From NCBI GenBank assembly GCA_013265495.1, contig MU058065.1, forward strand, positions 5,182,976 to 5,246,975: DNA of 64,000 nt, read 5' to 3'. Shown here piece by piece: positions 23,201-36,824 of the stretch (position 1 is its first letter; the number at the start of each line of letters is the position of its first letter). The notes under the pieces are model-generated. The model was not told the origin of the DNA. It did not search any database and saw nothing but the letters and a program-made list of their open reading frames with translations. Made by a program: the position numbers and the translations under genes. The DNA is from Vicugna vicugna. Its lineage: Eukaryota.

Positions 23201-24229
23201 AAGCAAAGAGTAAAAGAAAATAAATCTTTCCATATTCAAAATTTGCAATGTTGAAACCAGCCAACAAAAACACAGGATCACTTGGAACCAGCTCTTGGCC
23301 ATAATTAAATTAGAATGTGTTTAAATTCTTAATGGCATGGTATTTTACACTGAGTTTGAAATATACACCTAAACACTCCAGCCATCATGAGTTATTAATA
23401 TGAAGTGCCCAATAACTGGAGAAGTATTGCAGCATATTATCACTCCTCCCTGGCTAATGAAACCAATCATCCTCCCTCACATTTTAGCCACACAAACCAA
23501 AATTACTCTCCTTGTAGCTTGAAAGGTTTCAGAAAGCATTGGAGCAGCTAAAAGGCAGCCTTTTTCACCGGATGAAACGACCCTGAAATAAATGTTGGGT
23601 TGTTTTTACTGAAGTGTGTGTGTCTGTTTTCTTCATAAGCTTTTTACCTGTCCGCTTCTCTGCATGGAAAATCAGATCCCACAAAACAAAACATTAACAG
23701 CATGACCACAGTTGACTAATTGTTACTGGGAAGCCTCTGTAGGAGAAGTTCACAGTTCAGAAAGCTAAACCTGCCTGTTTAGTTATTGAGCTTATTTTGG
23801 TAAGAATTGGCTGAAGTGTATATATATAATAGTCCATAGCAATAGGATATGGAAGTCTGTTGAATTCTGGTAAAAAAGAGCGGAGGCATCACGCAACTGT
23901 ATGACCAAACTTTTAATTAAAATTAGGGCTGGCGAAACCCTTAAGTAGCGGGATTCATGGGCCAGCAGTGGGACTCAGGGTTTTGGCAAGAACTGTGGTC
24001 TCTCCTCTTTAGACATTCTGGCACAGACCCAGAGCAGCTCTGCCAAATGTGTTTGAATGTGCTCTACCCATTGGACTAATGACTCTCCCCATAATTAGGC
24101 TGAGCCCTGTAAAGCAACCTTCATAAAAATAGGGGCCAGAGAGTGAGAGTCAGAATGGACAAAATATTGCCAATACTATAACAATAGGAGATTGCTGGCA
24201 GCCTTCTCACCACGGTGGAAAGGTGAATT

Positions 24230-24815
24230 AACTTGAGGATCCTCTTACAAGCCAAGTAAACTAGTAGAGAAGATGAGACATTATCTATGGAGCAGATTTC
24301 AGGATGCAAGATAGAATTTCATGACAAACAGATGTTTTGCGGTAATAAATAAGAAGGCAATTTGATTGATCAAAGACTTCCTGATGACCAAATCCAGACC
24401 ATGGTAGATTTTGTCCAAGGACCCCTTGGGAATCTCGGAGCCCAACAGAAGCCAGGGAAAGGCAGAGACCTGGGAGGTGGCACAGGGGAGGCAGAAGATG
24501 GGGTGAGCCATGTTCAGTTTCCAAGTTAAAAAGCACGGTCAGCAGGCCATGAGTCTTAGGGATGTGCACAGAGCTGGGTGAGCAAGGTCAAACGGAGGAA
24601 TCAGAATCCAGATGACAAGGACCAGAGCAGAGATGGAGGAGTGAAATGGAGGATGAAAATGATAAGTCCATGGCAACTGCCGACGTTGGAGCTGTGAGTT
24701 AAAGGCTCATTTTTATTGGATGTCAGCTGCTCAGGCTGGGTCAAGTCAGGCTCCTTTGAAAGTATTGGGATGGGTGGAAGATTTATGTTAAGTTTTGATG
24801 GGTTCTTGTAACAAT
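24230..24815. mobile_element. Possible ancient LTR (LTR78-like)
   Basis: gcagatttcaggatgcaagataga...tgtccaaggacc...ggagcccaacagaagcc, ending gtaaca; weak recollection of the consensus. Confidence 0.3.
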
Positions 24816-24924
24816 AAAAATAATGAAAATAACAACCATTACTACCACTTACTGAACATTACTTTATGCTAGATGTTATCTTGGGGGATTTTTACACTCT
24901 ATTAGAATCAGTATTAATACTAAT

Positions 24925-25130
24925 AATAACCATTAATTGAGCACTTACATGTGCCCAGAACTGTAAGTGCTCTAAACATACTCTTTTTACTTAGTTCAGT
25001 ACTTCTTCAATGTTGTCATTTATTTCTTGTTTTTATTATACAGATGAGAAAACTGAGGCTCAGAGAAGGCAAGGAATTTTTCCAAGTTCACACAGCTTAC
25101 AAATTCATACAGTAGTAGCAGAGTTTGAAT
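24925..25130 (-). mobile_element. MIR SINE
   Basis: tacagatgagaaaactgaggctcagagaagg. Confidence 0.85.
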
Positions 25131-25374
25131 AGTTTTTGTCTGTATACAAAAACTGAGCTCTTCCCAAGGGTTAAGTGACAGTATAGACAATAGGGACAGG
25201 AGACTGATAGGTATAACACGGAATGTGTCAATGACAATCTCCTAAGCTCAACAGTTTGGAGGTTATGAAAGCAGTTACTGTTATGAAACATTCATTGTTC
25301 CAAGTGACCCAGTAACAGAATAACCACTTGGACACTTACGATTGCAAATCATGATCATGATCAAGAAAAACCAA

Positions 25375-25450
25375 GAGGAGGAGGAGTAGACGATGGTGAG
25401 GATGGTAGTGATGGTGAGGATGATGATAAAAATTACAATGATGCCATGAT
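25375..25450. repeat. Degenerate GAG/GAT/GGT low-complexity tract
   Basis: gaggaggaggagtagacgatggtgaggatggtagtgatggtgaggatgatgat. Confidence 0.75.
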
Positions 25451-26989
25451 TATAGCAGCCCAAACCATTCCCGTGTTAAGGCACAGCTGTATGGTCACCC
25501 ATGGGGCATACTTTGGATGGTATTACCAATGCCTCACCACCTACTTCCACTTAATAATACTTAAAATCCCTTTAAGAGGTCATAGACCTTTCCATGGTTA
25601 GAAACAAAGTTTAAAGGTAGCCCTAAGACAGTAGTAGCGTCCTAAGTTTACTTGAAGCTACATTAAAATATCAAAAACCATCCCTAAGAAATGCTTTTGA
25701 TAAAGACATGGTAATAAAGAGGATCAGGAAGTGGGGCAGAGGAAGGCTGATCTGAGGTAAGGAAGGAAATTCAGTCCACAAGGACTGATTAAGCTCTTCT
25801 ATGACCCAAGCCATCTGAGAGTTATTATTCCTATTTTCAAGTGTGAAAACTAAGGCTCAGAGAGGTCACACAACTCATAGTGGTCCTACCAACGTCTGAG
25901 TCCAAAGCCAGCTTTCTTTCTGCTTAGCCTAGAGTGATGGAAGCCAAAGGCCCCAAGGACTTTCTAAGGAACCAGATGAAATTCTCCGATGAAAAGGCAA
26001 GGCCATTTCATCTCTGCATCTTCCCAAAACCACAGGTCCTGGTCCAACACCAAGATCCGAAAAGAACTCTCTGGCTTCAGAACTCGATTCCTGAAGCTTC
26101 CAGTAGTCATTCCCGGTTCTGATCGTGGTAATTCAGACAGAGGACAGAGAGATTTTTCATAGGTTGGGACTCGATGTTACACACAGAGTGGTAAACATTC
26201 ATGTACCTTGTTAGTCTCAAAGCTTTGTAACCAGCTCATGCAAAATCTGCCTGAGGCACTATAATATCAAAACGCCAACTGAATTCTATATAGCAATAAA
26301 TCTCTCTCCCTAGCAAAGAAAAGTTCAAACTGCTACCTATGAGTGATCATGTAGCCATGGGGCCAGAGAGTGCCCACAGGGAGACTACTGGGGTTTCCCC
26401 ATCCTTTACCAACCTCACCCACCCCTCACATTGACCATCTCTTCCTCACAATTTCATCTTTCCCTGAGCTCAAGCTGTGTCCAGGGAGAGCGGTGCTAAT
26501 CCCTTTTGAACAGCTTGTGGCTTGGTCCTGGTCCCTTTAGCCAAGGAAGCGGTGTCTCCAAACACCACAGCTACAAATGTGCGTGGAAATCGACTCCCAC
26601 AGTTAGATTTCACACAGAAAGTGGGGAAAGCGCAAAACTGCCAAATGCGTAGGATCAACAATAGCTCATGTTTGTTCTTACTGCATTTTTTCCTCAAAAT
26701 GTACCTAGGTGAAGAGAAGTTAAAATATTACTCTTAAAGAAAGAGCACAAATCACATAAATATTAATGAGAGGTAAGCCGGTGGTCTAACTGAGGCTTCG
26801 TGAATGTGCTAAACCATCCTTTGAGGAGGTATTTAAGTCATCACAGTTGGCACTAATTATAAAAGGAAACCACGTCTTTTTCTTTCAGACTTAGCAGAAA
26901 CACAGCCATTTCAGCACATGCCAGAAATAAGCTAACTAGATCCTGGTTTTCATTACCATGCCTGATTGCCCAAATTTCGTCCTAGACTC

Positions 26990-27377
26990 TGTTATGGGCT
27001 CAATTGTGTCTCCATCCAAAATTTATATGTTGAAGTCCCAACCTGCAGTACCTCAAAATATAACTGTATTTGGAGATAGGGTCTTTAAAGAGGTAAATTA
27101 ATAAAAATGAGGTCATTAGGGTGGACATAACCCCATATAACTGGTCTCCTCATACGGAGCGATTAGGATTCAGACACAAGCAGAGGGAAGACCATGTGAA
27201 GACAACGGGAGAAGGCAGCCAACTGCAAGGGAAGGAGCGAGGCCTCAGATGGAAACTACCCTGCTGACATTTTGATCTCAGATTTACAGCTTCCAGATTT
27301 GGGAGAAAATAAGTTTCTGTCGTTTAAGTCACCCAGCCTGTGGTACTTTGCGATGGTTGCCTTAACACATTAACACA
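26990..27377 (+). mobile_element. MLT1B-like solo LTR with TSD
   Basis: TG...CA termini; tatttggagatagggtctttaaagagg; TSD gactc/gaatc. Confidence 0.9.
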
Positions 27378-27659
27378 GAATCTACAACTGTAGATGTTCG
27401 ATATGGGTAACTCTAAGGCAATTCAGCTGAAATAAACCCGCAGTACAATCACTTGCTTGCCACGATCATTTCCATTCAACCCTCAGAACCGCTGAAATAA
27501 AGAGCACTGCCGTCCTAAGAACGGGGTGAAATCCCATCTCCTCCCCTGAGCCCCTCCGACGGACGAGACGAAGTTAGGTAGGTGAAGAGCTTGTGTGTCT
27601 GCTCTAGGCTCCACAAATTCCACTGGTCGTAATTACACAAAGATTCTTTCTCCCCTCAT

Positions 27660-28190
27660 TAATCCAACAGCCTCCTTAGTGGTTTCCCCACCTCCGTTCT
27701 TACCCCATACAATCCATTCCCAGGAAAGTGATCTTCTCCACATTTGGAAATTCTCTGGTTTAAAAGCCTCCAGTGGTTTCACACTGCACTCAGAATAAAA
27801 TCCGAACTCCTTAGTGTGGTTTAGAGAGCCCGCCGGGATCCAGCCCCACGCTGTCTCTCCATTCGGAGCTCGTGGCACTTTCTGTCTTGGGGACACACCC
27901 CTCAGCTGGTTCTGCTCTTTGATCTTGCTAAATCCTTTCCTGCTGCAGGAACTCCCAGCGTGCCCTGACTGTGACTGCCTCAGAGATGTTCCCCAACCTC
28001 ATTCCTAATAGACCTGTCATCCCCCCACCACACCTGTCATTCTCCATCCTACCCTATACTTCATTCCTCCACAGCAAGTTTGCTAACTTGCACGTATTTG
28101 ACTTACTCTTCTGTGTATGTGTGTTTTCTCCAACCCTGAGGTCAAGGACTCCATCCTCCAGTTCCATGATTGAACGAATGAATGGGTAAA
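27660..28190 (+). mobile_element. L2 fragment
   Basis: aaaagcctccagtggtttc...ctcagaataaaatccgaactcctta, ending ttgaacgaatgaatg. Confidence 0.7.
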
Positions 28191-28419
28191 CGATTCAGTG
28201 AGTAAAAGCACTTCGTAAACCCAAAGGTGTTACATAAATGCAAAGTATAATTATTAGATATGAAGTCTGATTAAAGCAGAAGCCATGTCTTCTTTTCTTC
28301 CCATATCTCATTTCCTCAGTAAAAGGTACCTGAACTGATTAAGGTACTCATGATTGGAAAGTACTGTTATGAAGGAACAGTCAAATGGAATAATTTATGA
28401 TCTGTAGCCATGTATGGGT

Positions 28420-28580
28420 TGTACAACAGTTTCATACATCTTCTCTCATGTTAATCTTCACATGAGTAGGCACTGTGAGTAGGCATTCTTATTCCCATTT
28501 TACAGAGTGGGAAACTGAGGCTAAGGAACTCAGTAAACTGTGCAAGTCTATACAGATAATAAGTGAGAGAGCCAGGATTT
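28420..28580 (-). mobile_element. MIR SINE
   Basis: attcccattttacagagtgggaaactgaggct. Confidence 0.8.
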
Positions 28581-29169
28581 TTCCTGTTACCCAACTGCTG
28601 CCATCTCAGTCAAACTGCCTAGTAAATACCCCTCCTGGGCCAGCGGTGACAAATAACAGACAACAGTGTAAGAACTCATGTCATGCAAACGGAAATTGTC
28701 CTGTAGGTTTGTTTAGCAAAAGGGAAGAAGATTTTCTTGGAATTGGGCTTTTTGAGCCACTAAAGCAGGATTTTCCTTTCTACTCAATTTTTTCCTCTTA
28801 TAAATCAACTTTAGAATCTAAGAATATTTTGCTATTACTGTCTAAAGTAGTTCGAAAGTACTGTCTAAAGTACAGAACTACTTCATCTCATTCTATTTTC
28901 AGATATATTTCTCCAGAAATTATTTTGCTGTTTATAATATAGTGCTATACTTCTGGCAGATGAAAAATTATATTGTTATGTCTTCTAGGGTGAGCTCTCC
29001 CATATACTGAACTCAGTATTTTTTCCAGAGGATAATTTAGTTCTGTGACTATTATTTCATGCATTAAACATATTTATTTAATACTGCTATTAGCAGGCGA
29101 ACATTCATAACAGATTATATTCTCTCTTGAGATGACATTTACAAAATAATTTTGCTAGGAAAATGGATT

Positions 29170-29600
29170 CTGTGGTCAAAGTTGAAAGGCAAATGACAGA
29201 ATACGCAAAAAATATTTGTAACACCTATAATGATCTGGGTTAATATCTCTACACAAAAAATTCCTACAAATGAATAATAAAAAAATTCAATATAAAAATG
29301 GGCAAAAAAGTATGAACAAGAATTCACACAATACATGAAATTGTATAGCTAATAAGCAAATAAAAAATAGGACACAACTTCATTAATAAATTCATGCACA
29401 TTAAAACAGTATTTTCCAAAAATATTGGTAGAAATGATAAAAGCTGAAGACATCCATATAAGCAAAACATTTTGAGGTGTAAATTATTAAAATCATTTTT
29501 GAGGGTAATTTTATAATATCCATTTCATTTTAAAATGTATACTTATGGCTTCCATTTCTAGGACTATATCTTCTTGAAATACTGGCATAATTATATCTTA
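29170..29600 (+). mobile_element. Old L1 (L1ME-like) fragment
   Basis: aaagttgaaaggcaaatgacagaa...aaaaatgggcaaaaaagtatgaacaag. Confidence 0.7.
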
Positions 29601-29951
29601 ACATAATAGAGTATTATTATACTTAAGTAATTTCACTGTCAGTTCCACAGATAAAGGACATTAGCAACTGTGTATTTGATTGACATTAGGGATGTAGCCA
29701 TACTGGATGCAAGTAAGGATTGAGCAGAGGCCCAGTAATAAACTCTCAATGAGTGGGACTGAAGAGATAATTCAACTGACAAAACCATGAGAACCAGAAG
29801 AAGCCATAATCGTGTTCCTTGAGTTGTCTCCCCCTTTAAAAAAGGTATAATGGGAAAAAAAATAGTCAGTTTGGAATCCATTATATGTGAGTTCTAATTC
29901 TTGTTCTGACACTTGCCAGCCATGTGACTTTACCTTTCTAAGTCTGTTTCC

Positions 29952-30084
29952 CTTTTTTTTTAGTTTGTTTTATGCTTTGTATTTTCTTCCTTTTTTTTTT
30001 CTTTTATTGGACGTACTGAGTATTGAACCCAGGACCTTGTGCATACTAAGCATGCGCTCTACTACTGAGCTATCCCCACCCCCC
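29952..30084 (-). mobile_element. Camelid tRNA-Ala-derived SINE (Vic-1-like) with A-rich tail, inserted in a MIR
   Basis: Reverse strand GGGGGGTGGGGATAGCTCAGTAGTAGAGCGCATGCTTAGTATGCACAAGGTCCTGGGTTCAATACTCAGTACGTCC plus A-rich tail; Pol III A- and B-box-like motifs. Confidence 0.88.
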
Positions 30085-30959
30085 AAAACTGGTATCTTTT
30101 TTAAAAAAACCCTCAGATCTCAGTTGGCTGTTGGTTGGAATAAACAACAATTGTATATATCACCCAGCAAAATTAATGGCATGTACAATGTGCTTAACAA
30201 ACATTAGGCCCCTCTGCATTTGCCCTCCTACTGTCTGTAGGTCAAGGAGCTGTGCAGAGAGGAAGGGAAAGTTGGGAACAGACAATGCTTTATTGCTCTA
30301 GGATTCATTTGTAATTCATTTTCTTATATTCACTTAACACCTGTTGTGAGAGATATGGGGCTGGTTCTCTAGGTGCAAATACACAACGCACATATCCTGT
30401 CATTCAAATTGAGACAAAGGAATTCCTCATAAACACCTATAGAAAAGAAAAATGGCCCTCTTTCTAGCAAGGATAATAACTGAAAATAGCTTTATTAATA
30501 AGAACAATAATAATGAGAGTGTAATATGTGTCAGGCACAGTTCTACTCACCTTATGTCGATTATCCCACTTAATCCTTTCAACTCTCTGATGTAGGTTTT
30601 AATATTATAGGTCTTAATAGTCAATGAGAAAGAAACTTGCCATTCCAGGGCACCAAACTGTCCCAAGTTTTAGATGTGACTGTCATAGACAAAGCCCCAG
30701 TTCAGAACAAGCAACTTTAAAATATATTTACCAAGTTCCTTAACTGTAAGATTAAAAATTCAGGAGATTCAGGAGAAAGCCTTGCTCAAGAAGAATAGAA
30801 ACTATCACTCTGGTCAAAGCCCCTAGTTTGAACAGTTCACCATAAAATGGATGGCCCCTGACTTGGATCAGAGCCTGCCCAACAGAGCAGCCAATCAAAA
30901 TCTCTATGGAAGAGACCCAAGTCTCATGAGCTAATTCATATCCTGATCCAGAACCCATC

Positions 30960-31200
30960 ACCTATTCACGTAACAAATCTTTGTGAGCAACTCTTACGTG
31001 CAAGGCACTGTCCTGGACACTGAGATTACAACAGTGAAAAAAACAGGCAAAAGAAAAAAAAAAAAGATCTGCATGGATGTAGAGACACACAAAGTACAAA
31101 TGCACATGAACAAGTACATAAGTACAATACGCATATCCATTGATGAAAAGTGCTATCTAGGAAAATAAAACAGGGGTTGGGAATTAGGAGCTCTGACTTG
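30960..31200 (-). mobile_element. L2 3' fragment
   Basis: caaggcactgtcctggacactgagattacaacagtgaa. Confidence 0.65.
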
Positions 31201-31984
31201 GGGAGGGAACAGGGGAGCAAAAGAAAAAATGTCAACCTCTATCTATAACCTCATTAGGTCAGGGAACATCACTCTGAAGCTCCAGGTAAGTAAATGCACC
31301 AAATCATTCTGCCAAGGAAAAAAATAAATAGAATAAGAATAAAGGTAGGAAGAAACAAACAGGTGTACTACCATATTTATACCAGGTTTTGGTGTAAGGG
31401 TCCTGATAAGTACTGCAAACATGTTAATACTGTCTGAGTGTTGTCTGCCTTCCAAAGTATTTAAAACATTCAGAAGTACATGATAAATTAGACTTACCAT
31501 TTTAATTAAATATTTAGACACCTTAGATTTAACCAGTAATCACTGTTTACATGTTTTCAAAAATGTCATTTGTTAAATTCATGAATTTTTATTTATTCGC
31601 TATAGAAATAGAATATAAAGAGAGAAATGGTTAAGTTTGTATGTATCTTTAAGTACTCATTGATTAATAAATTAATGAGATCAATAAATGGGGCACTAAA
31701 AAAGTGTGAAAAGAACTGAGTGGTTCTCTCCATGAACAAGAGCCCTCAAACATATGAGAAAACTGAGACCCAGGGAAGTTAAGAAACTTACCCTGTTCTG
31801 ATTCCGTGGCCTGTAAGTGGCAAAGCCGCCAAGGATTTGAACATGACCTTACATTAATAGTCTCACAACCATGACATTAAATGTTTAAAGGGTGTACTAC
31901 GGAACCTGGCACAGACTGGACACTTAGTATCTCTCTCACCCTGACCTTAGCCTAGCTCAAACTGCAGTGGTAATCAGAGTAATC

Positions 31985-32340
31985 CTAAAAAAAATGTGAC
32001 AACTGAACTTATTTACAAAACAGAAACAGACTCACAGACATAGAAAACCAACTTATGGTTACCAGGCGGGGAAGGGCCGGAGGTAGGGTTAAACTGGGAG
32101 TTCAGGGTTTGCAGATACTAACTACCATATATATATAGATAAACAGCAAGGTCCTACTGACTAGCACGGGAAACTATAGTCAATACCTTGTAATAGCCTA
32201 TAATGAAAAAGAATACGAAAAGCAATATACACACGTATGACTGAATCACTATGCTATACTCCAGAAACTAACACAGCATTGTAAATCAACTATACTTCAA
32301 TAAAAATTTTAATTATTGGAAATACCAAAAAAAAAAAACC
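31985..32340 (+). mobile_element. Short L1 3' end
   Basis: ttatttacaaaacagaaacagactcacagacatagaaaacc...gtaaatcaactatacttcaataaaa plus A tract. Confidence 0.9.
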
Positions 32341-32519
32341 CACCAAAATACCACCCAAACACACACACACACACAATTCAAACTGTGAGATAGTCCTAAC
32401 AAAGAGCATCCATCTGCTCCCTTCCTCCTTACTCTTACCAACTCAAATCCTTCAGAATACGAACACTCATCATTTCTCCCATTAAACTATCTGAGTAGGC
32501 AAACTCATTGACAGCTTAG

Positions 32520-33050
32520 TGTTAGTGGTAGACAGCCCACAGAGATGGCCCCTGAATAAACCACACCTATTGACGACCCTGGGTAATCACCTCCCATTGA
32601 AACTGGACTGTCCCTGACTCACTCATAACCCACAGAATGAGGCAGCAACTGACCCTGCAGGACTTCAAAAGATAAATTAGAAAAAGCCTTGGAAACTCTG
32701 TTTTGGTCTGGTGGGGGGGGGGCAGTTAGGATCAGCTTCCATGTAAGAAATCTGACTATCCTGAGACCACCACGCCTTGAGGAAGCCTGGGCTAGCCACG
32801 TGTTGAGGCTGCTGGGAGAGAGATGTCCAACCAGCCTGCAGGCGTTCCAGCCTCAGAGCCAGACATGTGAGTGATGAGGCCTTCAGATGCCCCTAGCCTC
32901 AGCCTTCATCTGACTGCAACATGAAGGACCCCAATGAGCAAAAATTGCTTGGCTGAGCCCATCAACCTCCACAGCTGTGACAGATTCTGATAAATCACTG
33001 TCGGAAACCACTACGTTTTGGACCGGTTTTCACACTGCAATAGATAAACA
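32520..33050 (+). mobile_element. MLT1F/G-like LTR
   Basis: ccatgtaagaaatctgactatcctgagacc...ccagacatgtgagtga...gcaatagataa. Confidence 0.75.
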
Positions 33051-34549
33051 GTGATCATGCAAGCACTTCATTTGGCTTTCTCTCAATGTGTTTTTTAGTT
33101 AATAAAGACTGTGTTTCCCTAGATATTAACTATCCACTCCTAAATGTGCAGTCAGCATGCTCTTTTTCTCCTCTATCCACACTGGGAATAGTAATAACAT
33201 ATACTTTATCTAATATTTCAAAATTACCACCTATCATGATACCCAGACAAAAATATTTTCTTTCTCCTTTTTCAGGAAATGGTTGAAAACGAACTTAATA
33301 ATGAACATTTTTCCAAACAACGTTCTCTTCCAGAACTCATGGGAGTTATAAAAATCACCCAAAAGTAAGAAGGTGAAATGGCTCACCCTTTAAATTTTTT
33401 ATATCTTGAGGTCTTTGATTTCAATCATTATTTTTTTAAAAAAAATCAGATCACACAGTGCTCTTAATAAAGCATTATTATTTCAGGGAAAGGGATAAAA
33501 CTTTCCAAATGCAAATGCTTAGCTGAAGTAGAATTTTAAAAGATTCCAAGACATTAGTCAGGAGATGGATTGCTTTGCAATTGCGAGTCTAGGTTACAGT
33601 ATCACTGGAACCAAATTCCCGTCAGATTAGTCCTTACTCAAAATGAATGTTTGTAATTACGAAATGAAATAAGTTTTAATTTGAATTGCCTAAAAAGGGG
33701 AAACCAAATATTGTGTAATTACAGGAGAAGAAATTTGAGATGGAAAACAAGATAGTGTTATTTACAAGTAAAAAGGCTTTTATGGGATTATGGGGCTTTA
33801 ATGTGCATATTTGTAGGATTTGGGGTGGCAGAATTTGGAACTAAAATATTTTTCATCAGCGTTTATTTACAATGTGCATGCAAGAAATGGAATCCCAGAC
33901 ACATCTGATATTGGACTTATTTAAGCCTTTTATATCCCTACTAAATCTGAAAAGACTCAAATGTTAGCCACACATAATGGAAGTAATCGTGGAGTGTGAT
34001 AAAATAAGTATTTGAAAACCACATGCAACTTTTAGGCTCAAATCCAGAACTATAAAATCCACCTAGAGACATAATGAGGCTGACTGGCCTCCCTGGAGGA
34101 GGAAAAAGCAGTGAGGGGGGAAGTAGGTCCTTATTCTCCGGCCACAGCTCACGGCACCTGAGTGGAACCCAAATGGCTTATAAGTGCTTTACTGCAAAGG
34201 CTGCCCACAAGCGCCATGTTGCCTCTCTGTAGGGCAGCCATGTCTTGGCGTCCACCAAACTGTGATTTCACAGACCTTTTGTCTCTGACACTTCTCCTCT
34301 CCTAAAGCCTCTCACACCCAGGTGTCTAGGACCCCAGGCCCAGAGGTCAGTCCCAGTTAGGCTTCCCACAGCATGCACCACTCAGCTTTATAGCTCTGAC
34401 TTTTCTCCCCCACCTTTCCTGGGATAAAGCCTTCCTATTGAGGTAGGGACAATGTTCCTGATTTACACTAAACTGCCCTTCCCAGAGATACTGGCTCTTA
34501 CAAGGTATCGCAGACAGTCCATGGTTCACCAAATGTTTGTTCCTTTTCC

Positions 34550-34930
34550 TTACTGCCCCCCTATTACGGGAAAGTGGTTGGCCAGCCAGTCACTCCATAT
34601 CCCAGACTCCCAGACACACTTTGGTCAGGTGTGGTCATGTGACTAAGTTCTGGCCCATGAAATAGAGATAGAAGTGTTAAGTGTTACCTGAAATCTGCCC
34701 CGTGAACCCCTCCCCTACAGCTCTTCACCATGAACTTTTCTCCACTCAGCTTCCTGGAAGGGAGATAATCTCCAGGGTGATCTGACAAACCTCCATTAAG
34801 CTGAGTTCCTGAATGACCTCATGGAACTGGGCCACCCCATGTACACAGACATCCTGCCAATGTGGTTAAATATGCATGTTTGGGTCTCTCTCTCTTTTTT
34901 TTTTTTAACTGCAGTCACAGTACTCTAAAC
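34550..34930 (+). mobile_element. Old MLT1 (J/K-like) LTR
   Basis: ggtgtggtcatgtgactaagttctggcc...gagttcctgaatgacctcatgga. Confidence 0.55.
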
Positions 34931-35449
34931 ATTACTTAATCCAAAGAAATCATCCCCTACTGACTGATTTTGGAGGGTGGAAGAAACTTCCTAATTCCCT
35001 GCAAATCACCTAGTTTAGAAGTTACCTACATAAAAAACCACTTTGACAGACCTCCAGCAAGGGTCTGCCATCAGTCAGTCACTTACGTGCAGGTGCCCAC
35101 GTGGGTCAGCTAGACACTCTGCTCTCTGACTGCCTTCCTGCCCAAGGATCTTCTTCAGTCTCATTTGTCACTATTTACTCTCAGTAGTCACTTCTGGGAC
35201 TCTGATTTTTTTCAATGAGCTTTCCCAGCATTTCAATTTAGAAATTCACTGATCAATAAAAATCTCCTGTGTCATGATCTCATCATGTATGCATTTGTCA
35301 TTCATTCATTCAGACATATATCCAATACCCCACATATCAAGTATTGTGCTGGGCATTTACTGAACATAGACAACTGCTGTCCAGGACGCCAGCAAGTCAG
35401 GGACAGGGTTGTAAAACAGTAATCTAGGTAACAGGACAACTGTCATCAC

Positions 35450-35660
35450 AGCTGAATTTATTGAGCACATGCAAGATGCTCTGCTCAGAACTTGGGATTC
35501 CTTATTTAATCTTACGGTGCTTAATTAAGCATCCTATCCTCATATTACAGATACAGAAATCAAGGATTAGAAGCATTAGGCACCATGCTGAAATTGCACA
35601 AATAACTACAATCAGGGTCGAGGTTGAGACAAACCAAGTTCTGTCTGATTCCAAAGTCAT
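35450..35660 (-). mobile_element. MIR SINE
   Basis: atttattgagcac...atcctcatattacagat...gtctgattccaaag. Confidence 0.6.
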
Positions 35661-36559
35661 TTACTAACTGGGTGTCTTTGGGCAAATTAGTTAAATGTCG
35701 CAACTCTCCATTTCCAACCTAAAATGCCATCTCAGTCACAAAGAAGTAATTTCTGTAAAGAGTTAAGTGGCAGGGCACAGATGTTGATGCTCTCATTGCC
35801 CATAGCATACTTTATGAATACTATGGGTAAAAGTCCAGACTTTTGAACAATTTTCTTGCTTCTGAGATGGCAGTGGAGGCTGGAGGAAGGTTAAGTAAAT
35901 ATTTACAATATTCATATTATGAGAGAATTTTCCAGATGGTGTGTCTTGAAATGGTGATTGTCTTCATACCAACTGAGCCCCCCAGTGAAGGCACCTCAGA
36001 CTGCAGCTTAAAGCAGTTGTGATGAGGTGATTGCCAATTATCACAAGACACTGGAGACTTCTGTTCCAGGCATCTACGGAGGCATGACTGTGGGCTCTGG
36101 AAGCGCCCAGAGGAGAGGGCCTCCTGCTGAAGTTCCTGGACTGTAAGAGGTACCAAGCCTTGAGTCCACTCGGAGCCTGGCTTTGCTGCTCAATGCGCAC
36201 TTGACCAAATCCCCGCATGCCAGATACTTACCCAAGGCTCAGCCACTGAGTGATACCTGAGCATCCCCTGGAGAAATACACAATTGGTAGAGACTTGGAG
36301 ACTATAAAAGGAACACAGAGAAAGGCCACCTCTGTGCCTGCAGAATGATGTCTAAGGTGCACCTGGGGTCTTCATTTCCCACAGGGCAGCTTCAGCTCCC
36401 AGATATGGATGCAGTGAGCAGAGAAAGGAGTATCACCAAAACAACATTTGTCAAATGAACTTACAACACCCACTGCTCTCTAAGCAAAGCAGAGTTTGTT
36501 CATGAAAAGGACTTCATTTTTTTTCAGCTGAGTTAGGTTGGAAAGTAGCTGAGATGAAG

Positions 36560-36780
36560 CCTTCTAGAGTCAGACACTTAAATTTAGTTTCCTTTACTAC
36601 TTTTTAGCTGTGTGATGCTAAGCAAGTTTCTAATCTTCTCTAAACCTCAGTGTCCTTGACTGTAAATGTGAACAATACTTATACCTACCTCCCAGAGTTA
36701 ACAATAATTAAGCTCCATGTAAAATACTTAACAAAGTGCCTGGAATTTGGTCAATGCTTAAGCAATTTCACATATTCATA
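36560..36780 (+). mobile_element. MIR SINE
   Basis: tagctgtgtgatgctaagcaag...cctcagt...tgtaaaatacttaacaaagtgcctgg. Confidence 0.75.
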
Positions 36781-36824
36781 CAGCAGATTTGGGATAGGAA
36801 CCAAAGAGACAAGTTGCTCTATAA

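Noticed and set aside
27380..27395. ATCTACA-AC-TGTAGAT resembles a Cas12a repeat stem
   Set aside because: Single copy, no spacers, mammalian context; a chance palindrome. No CRISPR array in the window.
30009..30084. tRNA gene (Ala/Thr)
   Set aside because: G-rich 5' extension, broken acceptor stem, A-rich tail and insertion in a MIR indicate a SINE.
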